Shown in pieces: positions 28,239-36,407 of a stretch of 36,407 bases of DNA (position 1 is its first letter; each line of letters starts with the position of its first letter). Location of the stretch: assembly GCA_036339465.1 (NCBI GenBank), contig JAYZAY010000068.1, forward strand, positions 1 to 36,407. Direction: 5' to 3'. The notes under the pieces are model-generated. The model was not told where the DNA came from. It worked only from the letters and a program-made list of their open reading frames with translations, and did no database searches. Made by a program: the position numbers and the translations under genes. The stretch comes from Myxococcota bacterium (GTDB taxonomy: Bacteria; Myxococcota; XYA12-FULL-58-9; JABJBS01).

Positions 28239-28417
28239 GATCTCCCTCCCCTCCTGAAAGCTAGCAATTCAAAAATCATATTTCCAAAGCTAGACCGAAA
28301 TGTACTACTTAACCATGGCAAGGAAAATAGACTAAATTCTATCAAAGAGTTGAATGAAGAAAACATTCCTACACACATAGTAACCAGCCCACACATACGA
28401 CAAAAACGAGGACCACC

Positions 28418-29233
28418 ATGGCTTCCTATTTTTCGAACAAAAGCGTCCTAATCACCGGTGCTGCCAGTGGCATAGGTAAAGCTGTGGCAACACGTGTCGC
28501 AAAACAAGGAGGCAAACTTGTGCTTTGGGATATCAACCAAGAGAACCTAGAAGCAACCATTAAGGAACTGGCTCCAATCGCACACCACCCACCCAAAGGT
28601 TATAAATGTGATTTAAGAAAGCGGAGCCAAATCTACAGTGTCGCGAAAAGAGTTCAAAAGCAGATTGGTGACATCGATATCCTGATTAACAATGCAGGAA
28701 TCGTGAGTGGAAAAAGTTTGCTGGATATCTCCGACGACGCCATTTCCGCAACCTTTGACGTGAACACCCTAGCTCTATTCTGGACAACACGAGCTTTTCT
28801 GCCTGCGATGATTCAACGAAACACTGGTCACATCGTCACCATGGCCAGTTCTGCAGGATTTATTGGTGCGGCTCGGCTAACGGATTACTGCTCTAGTAAG
28901 TGGGCTGCCGTAGGCTTTGACGAATCCCTCCGAATGGAACTCCGCCATACCGCTCCAGGTATTAACACAACTGTCGTTTGTCCGTTCCTAATAGACACAG
29001 GAATGTTCCAAGGTGCTCAAACTCGCTTTCCTTTTCTCCTCCCAATCCTTAAAGAGTCGAATGTTGCCGACCAAATTATCGATTCCATTGCCAAAAAACG
29101 TCAAAAACTCATTGTCCCCCCCTTTGTAAATTTGGTCCCAATCTTTCGGATTTTACCGACCGCTGTTTTCGACAAAGTCGCGGATTTCTTAGGCATCAAT
29201 GCTGCAATGGATAAATTCACCGGTAGACACTAG
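28418..29233 (+). CDS. Short-chain dehydrogenase/reductase (17beta-HSD XI / retinol dehydrogenase-like)
   Basis: TGAASGIG, LWDIN, INNAGIV, GHIVTMASSAG, DYCSSK (YxxxK), CPFLIDTGMF. Confidence 0.93.
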   Translation: MASYFSNKSVLITGAASGIGKAVATRVAKQGGKLVLWDINQENLEATIKELAPIAHHPPKGYKCDLRKRSQIYSVAKRVQKQIGDIDILINNAGIVSGKSLLDISDDAISATFDVNTLALFWTTRAFLPAMIQRNTGHIVTMASSAGFIGAARLTDYCSSKWAAVGFDESLRMELRHTAPGINTTVVCPFLIDTGMFQGAQTRFPFLLPILKESNVADQIIDSIAKKRQKLIVPPFVNLVPIFRILPTAVFDKVADFLGINAAMDKFTGRH

Positions 29234-29376
29234 AACCGGTGAACCGCTCCCCTTGCGAAACTGCCAGCATCTTCGTTATGAAGCTGTCCATTATCCAAAG
29301 ATTGGAAATTAGAAGCGCGCTACCGATATGAAACTGGCTTTTTGCGCACTCCTCACCCATCTCCGGATAACCTTAA

Positions 29377-31434
<2,058 letters not shown>

Positions 31435-31628
31435 CCTAGCCTAATCTCCACAACACCCTTCCCGGGCGGTTGCTTTACGCCAAAACAATCATCGAAAACC
31501 AACCCGTGATATCAAGCAGGGGTTGAAAACCAGGATATCAACTCCTATGAGTACACGGTTGTACCGAACAAGAAGGACAGGGTAAACCAAAAGCTCACTA
31601 AACCTAAGAACCCGGGGACCAATCTTCA

Positions 31629-33077
31629 ATGAAATTTCTTCATCCAGAACACGATCAGCACTTGGAACTGTCACTCGATGACGTTTTCATCCTACCACAA
31701 TTCCATAGCGGACAATCACGACTCAATGTCAACCTTACCCCCCTCGATGGGTTGGGCGGAGCACATCCTCTGGTTTCAGCAAACATGAATGCTGTCACCG
31801 GTAAAAGGATGGCTGAAACCATGGCCCGCTTTGGGGGTCTCGGAATTCTGCCCCAAGACATGGACCTCTCAACCGTTGAACGAATTGTCGCTTCTATCAA
31901 AACCTCCAATATTCATTACGATACTCCTCTTACAGTAACATCAGATGCAACCCTCAGAGATGTTTTGGGAATCATACGTAAACGGTCTCATGATTTGGTT
32001 GTGGTCGTGGACCAAGAGCACCGAGTGCTAGGAATCATATCTCACGCTGACCTAAGAGATAAAGATCAATACACTTCTGCATCACTTCTTATGTCCAAAT
32101 CCTTAGTCAAACTGCGGGCCGGTGTTTCAAATCGAGAAGCCTTCAATCAGCTCATGGAACATCGAGTTAAGGGAGCGCCCGTTGTCGATAAAAGTGGTCA
32201 GCTCATTGGCGTTTTGACAAGAGACGACTCCATAAGAACGGATATCCTCACTCCGAATTTAGATACGAATCAACGATTCAAGATCGGTGCAGCAGTTGGC
32301 ATATCGGCTGACGCTGCCGAGCAAGCTGAATTCCTCGTTAAGATTGGCGTGGACCATATCCTTCTTGATACAGCCCACGGGCACCAAAAACGCATGCTGG
32401 ATGCCATCAAGGATGTGCGCAAAGCGATCGGCCCATCCACAGCAATCATCGCCGGTAATGTTTGTACACGAGATGGAACCCTAGCGCTTCTTGAAGCCGG
32501 CGCAGATATCGCCAAGGTAAACGTGGGTCCTGGAGCCATGTGTACCACGCGAATGCAAACCGGAGTCGGCCGCCCAACCTTTACGTCAGCTAAGATCTGC
32601 GCAGAGGCTGCCCTAAGCGTGAATAAATATATTTGGGCAGACGGAGGGGTCCGCCATGGTAGAGACGCAGCCCTATATCTCGCTGCCGGTGCTGGCAGAG
32701 TCATGGTGGGAACAACATTCGCGGGCACTTTCGAAAGCCCTGGAGACATCAAAGAAGATAAGGACGGCCGCCTTTTCAAGGAAAATTATGGGATGGCAAG
32801 TGCTAGAGCCGTCAGATACCGCAACTCTACATTAGACCCATTTGAGCAAGCAAAAAAGGCCTTATTCAAGGAAGGAATCTCAAATTCGAGAATCTATTTA
32901 CGACAAGGAGAAGAATGCATCGGTAGCATCATCACAAATTTTATCACCGGGATTCAGTCGGCACTCACTTATACCGGCTCTTCGGACCTAAAGAACTTTC
33001 ATCAAGACGTGACTGTAGGTGTTCAAACAGCTTCGGGGTTTCACGAGGGCACACCTCATGGAAAAGTGAGAAACTAA
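31629..33077 (+). CDS. guaB1: GuaB1-family IMP dehydrogenase-related protein (probable GMP reductase) with CBS domains
   Basis: SANMNAVTGKRMAETMARFGG, LPQDM, DTAHGHQ, VGPGAMCTTRMQTGVGRP, WADGGVRH, GTFESPGD, GMASARAV, FKEGIS. Confidence 0.92.
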   Translation: MKFLHPEHDQHLELSLDDVFILPQFHSGQSRLNVNLTPLDGLGGAHPLVSANMNAVTGKRMAETMARFGGLGILPQDMDLSTVERIVASIKTSNIHYDTPLTVTSDATLRDVLGIIRKRSHDLVVVVDQEHRVLGIISHADLRDKDQYTSASLLMSKSLVKLRAGVSNREAFNQLMEHRVKGAPVVDKSGQLIGVLTRDDSIRTDILTPNLDTNQRFKIGAAVGISADAAEQAEFLVKIGVDHILLDTAHGHQKRMLDAIKDVRKAIGPSTAIIAGNVCTRDGTLALLEAGADIAKVNVGPGAMCTTRMQTGVGRPTFTSAKICAEAALSVNKYIWADGGVRHGRDAALYLAAGAGRVMVGTTFAGTFESPGDIKEDKDGRLFKENYGMASARAVRYRNSTLDPFEQAKKALFKEGISNSRIYLRQGEECIGSIITNFITGIQSALTYTGSSDLKNFHQDVTVGVQTASGFHEGTPHGKVRN

Positions 33078-33451
33078 TCTTTGCCGATCTCAGACGTTTT
33101 CTTAAAGATTAGAGCAACCGTCCCAATCTGTAACATATCACCATCATGCAGGAGCGAAGAATGACACTTTATGCCATTTAGGTACACGCCATTCTTGCTA
33201 TTCATATCTGTAAAGGAAAAACCCGATTCCCCGCACCTAAGCTCACAATGTTTGCGCGAAAGTAACTCACACTCAAAAGGCAGATCCGCGTGTTTAGAAC
33301 GACCAATCACATAGAGAGGCTCCGTCAAGTTAATCACCCGTGGACTCTCAGCCCCTTCAACTTGCTGAAGCGATGCTTTCAGAACTCTTTGCGGTTTGTC
33401 CACCAGTAAAAGACTTTTACTAACGGTTGTTGTGTCGTCCCAATCACCCAT
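33074..33451 (-). CDS. Stand-alone FHA domain protein
   Basis: IGRS, LSRKH, DMNSKNGVYLNG, LHDGDMLQIG. Start set at ATG 33451 (track ORF 33487); stop overlaps the guaB1 stop. Confidence 0.9.
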   Translation of the reverse strand: MGDWDDTTTVSKSLLLVDKPQRVLKASLQQVEGAESPRVINLTEPLYVIGRSKHADLPFECELLSRKHCELRCGESGFSFTDMNSKNGVYLNGIKCHSSLLHDGDMLQIGTVALIFKKTSEIGKD

Positions 33452-33670
33452 TTTCTCAACACCACCCACTTCAAAGAAACATCTCAATAAAGTATATTTG
33501 AAATCGCGCCTGGACCCAAGTCCTTAATGAAGTACGATAGGGAAAGGGTCTTCTCAATCCAAGCCCGATGGTTGGCGAAAAATATTGAATCATACGACGC
33601 GCCGTTTCCGGTATGCAGTGGCGGGGAAGCAGAGTTTGATTCCGTAAATTCGAGGACCGTTCTATCCCTA

Positions 33671-34569
33671 TGAGTCTGATGAGGTGATTGGACGTATCGG
33701 TGAGTCTAATGGGGTCATCTAGAACAGATGACCCGTCGCCTGGGTCGTTCAAAAAATCATTCCGCCTTAAAAACAGGGGGATTAGACTTGCTACCTACAT
33801 GGCGAAGCCCCGTGAGTTTAATAAGGTCATTGCATTTATAAGTGAGTCTAATGGGGTCATCTAGAACAAATGACCCGTCGCCTGGGCCGTTCAAAAAATC
33901 ATTCCGCCTTAAAAACAGGGGGATTAGACTTGCTACATGGCGAATGCCCGGTGAGTTTAATAAGGTCATTGGGTGTATTGCATTGAAAGCAGCTCCAGTG
34001 ATGCCAGGCGACAAATGAGATCAAAGATGATCCTTTGACCCCATTTAACTCACAGCTATTGTCGCCCATGGTTTTCTATTTCCTGAAAAGATACGGTGAC
34101 TTAACAACCTCGACGTGTGAGTGCAATTGGGTCAATAGGTTTCCATTGGGCCGAATATTTAGTTGTTACGCTCCTAAACATGTGAAAACTTATGAGCTAG
34201 CTGAGTCCTACGAGGACACTTTGGTTGCACTATGGCAGATAATTGGCATTTTAGGGTTTGTTTTATCTAAATTCGTCGTAAGTGTGTCTAGGTCTTTGTT
34301 GAGTAGAACAGGGTCAAAATCGTATAAGTATTTGAAATAAAAGTAAGTATTTTAGGATGAAAATAAAAGTTTTTGAATTAGATTGAGTCATACAGGGTCA
34401 TTTAGAGAGGGGAATAAGGTCACTAGTTGAGTGTTATGAGGGAACTAACTGAGTCATACTAGAGTAATAATGGTACGTTAAGTCCTTAATATCACTAGAG
34501 AAAATTGCCGCTAAATATTCTTAAATGAATTAAATAGATTAAACACTAACAAATCTTGAAAGATGAGAA
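33671..34569 (+). promoter_or_regulatory. Putative iteron-type replication origin (TGAGT-N7-GGTCA boxes plus AT-rich segments)
   Basis: Perfect boxes at 33701, 33813, 33843, 33952, 34036 (minus), 34118, 34300, 34384. Degenerate boxes at 33671, 34202, 34279, 34406, 34428, 34450. The last four boxes (34384-34450) are spaced exactly 22 bp. AT-rich DNA at 34317-34383 and 34467-34569, directly upstream of rep. Confidence 0.8.
33700..33971 (+). repeat. Direct duplication of ~130 bp (33700-33832 and 33842-33971), each copy with two iteron-like boxes
   Basis: GTGAGTCTAATGGGGTCATCTAGAAC...AAAAACAGGGGGATTAGACTTG...GTGAGTTTAATAAGGTCATTG occurs twice with few differences. Confidence 0.92.
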
Positions 34570-36039
34570 ATGGTTCACAAAAGTAAAGTCAGAAAAGTAA
34601 CACACCAACAACTAGACCTCATCGAACAAGTAGATGAAGTTGCTTTTGATGAAATGAATCTCGTTGAGTTACCCTTTGCATTGCTCACCGATGCAAAAGA
34701 AGCACGCCAAAAACCCGTAGTAGAAGTTCCTCTTGGCCCCGATGGTACAGAAGCACTGGTAACCCATGGTCGCGGAAGTGTTCCCACAGCTCTTGCGGAA
34801 CGCGTCGTCTTGGGACTTTTGTGGCTAACCCAACAGGAAAGTGGTTTTAAGGAAGCAGTGGTTCGGTTCCCTCTTCGGCGATTGGTGGAAGATTATATGT
34901 ATCCTGGGCGGTTCCAGCAGAATCGAGCCAGTGGGGTATTTATGCAGCGAGTTGAAGAAGAAATTAATCGCGTTGCGGATACGAGAATTCATTCCGAGCG
35001 CTGGTATGACAAGGAACTCGGTAAACAGACAAAAATGAATGCGGCGATTATTGATTATATTCAAGTCGTTCATGAGGGTGGTCGAAACAGCGCAAGAGTG
35101 GTTGAAGTTCGTTGGGGAGCAAAACTATTTAAGAGTGTTCAAGCTCGTTATACAAAATCGTTGGATGTACGTACGATTTTACGAATTGAGCGGCCCATGG
35201 ACTTGCGATTCTATCGCTGGCTTGACCGACAATTGGCACGCAAAGTAAGGGAGAGCGTGGCGTCATGCCAAAACTTTGCGAAATTTAAGCTGCTTATGCG
35301 TGGCCAAAAAATTGATCGAGGGGGACGGACAGCCTCAAGCTATATCGTTCGTAAGTTGTCAGAATCGTTAGAACGGTTGGATGATATAGGTTTTTCAGTA
35401 CGGATGACCGTTGATCAGAGCCGGCCAGATTCTCGATTGGTTTTTGAGAAAATTAGCGGCCTGCATAATGAATGTGTTTCGCGGGATGATGCGGCAGAGT
35501 TGTTTCGGGTTTTTCAGGAAGAAGCCCACGGGTTGCCAAAGAACGCAGAGGTTAAGCGAATTTCGAAACCAGAGCGCGAGGATGCGACCCGTTGGTTAGA
35601 TGACTACGGATTTGACCAGGCGGTTTGGATGGTGCGTAGATGTATTGAGCTGCACAATAGGGCGCGTCGCGGGGCGGATACCTTGTTTCGCTTTAAAGCC
35701 TTGGGTTTCTATGAAGCAAAAGCCATGGCGGATTTCGAGATTAGTGAGAAAAAACAAGCAGAGTTGCCCTTTGAAGAGTCGAAATCTGTGGAGGAAGCTT
35801 GGGATAGCTATCGATTCCAAGAGGTAGAAAAAGCCCGTGAAAATTTGAGTCCGCAAGAATTGGTTGCTTTAGAGGCACTCGCTCAAAGCGAGGTTGAGGT
35901 GGAGATGAATAAGGCGAGGTTAAGAACACCTCGGAGTGCATTGAATGCAATCGTCCAAGCAAAATTGGAGGAGATGTTGGTGGCGAAAGTGGACGGGTTA
36001 ACGGAAGAGGAATTTTTTCGGCAATGGAAACCTTCTTGA
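34570..36039 (+). CDS. repA: Plasmid-type replication initiator protein (RPA / replication initiator protein A family)
   Basis: N-terminal DEMNLVELPFALL, then GSVPTALAERVVLGLL, ERWYDKE, VRWGAKLFKSVQARYTKSLD, RFYRWLD. This pattern matches Planctomycete/Deinococcus-type RPA initiators as recalled; adjacent iteron-like boxes support the call. Confidence 0.8.
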   Translation: MVHKSKVRKVTHQQLDLIEQVDEVAFDEMNLVELPFALLTDAKEARQKPVVEVPLGPDGTEALVTHGRGSVPTALAERVVLGLLWLTQQESGFKEAVVRFPLRRLVEDYMYPGRFQQNRASGVFMQRVEEEINRVADTRIHSERWYDKELGKQTKMNAAIIDYIQVVHEGGRNSARVVEVRWGAKLFKSVQARYTKSLDVRTILRIERPMDLRFYRWLDRQLARKVRESVASCQNFAKFKLLMRGQKIDRGGRTASSYIVRKLSESLERLDDIGFSVRMTVDQSRPDSRLVFEKISGLHNECVSRDDAAELFRVFQEEAHGLPKNAEVKRISKPEREDATRWLDDYGFDQAVWMVRRCIELHNRARRGADTLFRFKALGFYEAKAMADFEISEKKQAELPFEESKSVEEAWDSYRFQEVEKARENLSPQELVALEALAQSEVEVEMNKARLRTPRSALNAIVQAKLEEMLVAKVDGLTEEEFFRQWKPS

Positions 36040-36111
36040 GTGGGGCGTTTGTCTCTCCCCTTCCCTGCTTCGAGATTAGCGCGGATCAGCGACTTAATCG
36101 GATATAGTAAG

Positions 36112-36407
36112 TAGGATTTCAGAACTAGGATTTCAGAACTAGGATTTCAGAACTAGGATTTCGGAACTAGGATTTCAGAACTAGGATTTCAGAACTAGGA
36201 TTTCAGAACTAGGATTTCGGAACTAGGATTTCGGAACTAGGATTTCGGAACTAGGATTTCGGAACTAGGATTTCGGAACTAGGATTTCAGAACTAGGATT
36301 TCAGAACTAGGATTTCAGAACTAGGATTTCGGAACTAGGATTTCGGAACTAGGATTTCGGAACTAGGATTTCGGAACTAGGATTTCAGAACTAGGATTTC
36401 AGAACTA
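36112..36407 (+). repeat. Non-coding tandem array, 21 x 14 bp TAGGATTTCRGAAC, running off the window end
   Basis: 21 full units plus TA. The single variable position reads A,A,A,G,A,A,A,G,G,G,G,G,A,A,A,G,G,G,G,A,A. Confidence 0.97.

Noticed and set aside
31435..31628. Purine riboswitch upstream of guaB1
   Set aside because: Short palindromes exist, but the purine-riboswitch core (TATAAT...GATATGG...GTTTCTACC...CCGTAAA) is not present.
33700..33971. CRISPR-like or IS-end repeats; ORFs 33471-33752, 33757-34014 and 34035-34340
   Set aside because: Only two long direct copies, no spacers or transposase. The short ORFs merely translate the origin repeats.
34181..34189. DnaA box in the origin region
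   Set aside because: A single 1-mismatch match (TGTGAAAAC) in AT-rich DNA, expected by chance.
36112..36407. CRISPR array or coding repeat
   Set aside because: Units are contiguous with no unique spacers, there are no cas genes, and TAG stops occur in all six frames.

Overview
A 36.4 kb bacterial window. Its domain content (Myxococcus-type Cys-rich repeat, TIGR02266-like PilZ protein, Planctomycete/Myxococcota-type RPA initiator) suggests a Myxococcota/deltaproteobacterial origin; this is inferred, not searched. The left 17 kb is all on the minus strand: a truncated thioredoxin-like lipoprotein, a CheY-like receiver, a ~3,500-aa thrombospondin type-3 repeat lipoprotein ending in a cytochrome-c-like domain, PhnA-like, ASCH, an SBPase-like class I FBPase and YyaL. 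The middle holds pomA with two divergent pomB/motB paralogs, a receiver-ArdA-like fusion, a GLYK-like kinase, a divergent EgtD, PilZ, selU, a GT4 pseudogene, an SDR, fadH, guaB1 and an FHA protein. The right end is a plasmid-type replication module: at least 8 perfect TGAGT-N7-GGTCA iteron-like boxes, a 22-bp-phased box cluster, AT-rich DNA, an RPA-family rep gene and a terminal 21 x 14-bp tandem array. By eye, G/C strand skew flips at the iteron region (origin-like) and again at ~17.1 kb (terminus-like). This raises the possibility that the window is most of a small replicon carrying chromosome-type genes. Other notable items are the REC-ArdA fusion, a 29-bp perfect inverted repeat inside the two motB genes (possible intragenic inversion), and the eukaryote-type SBPase.
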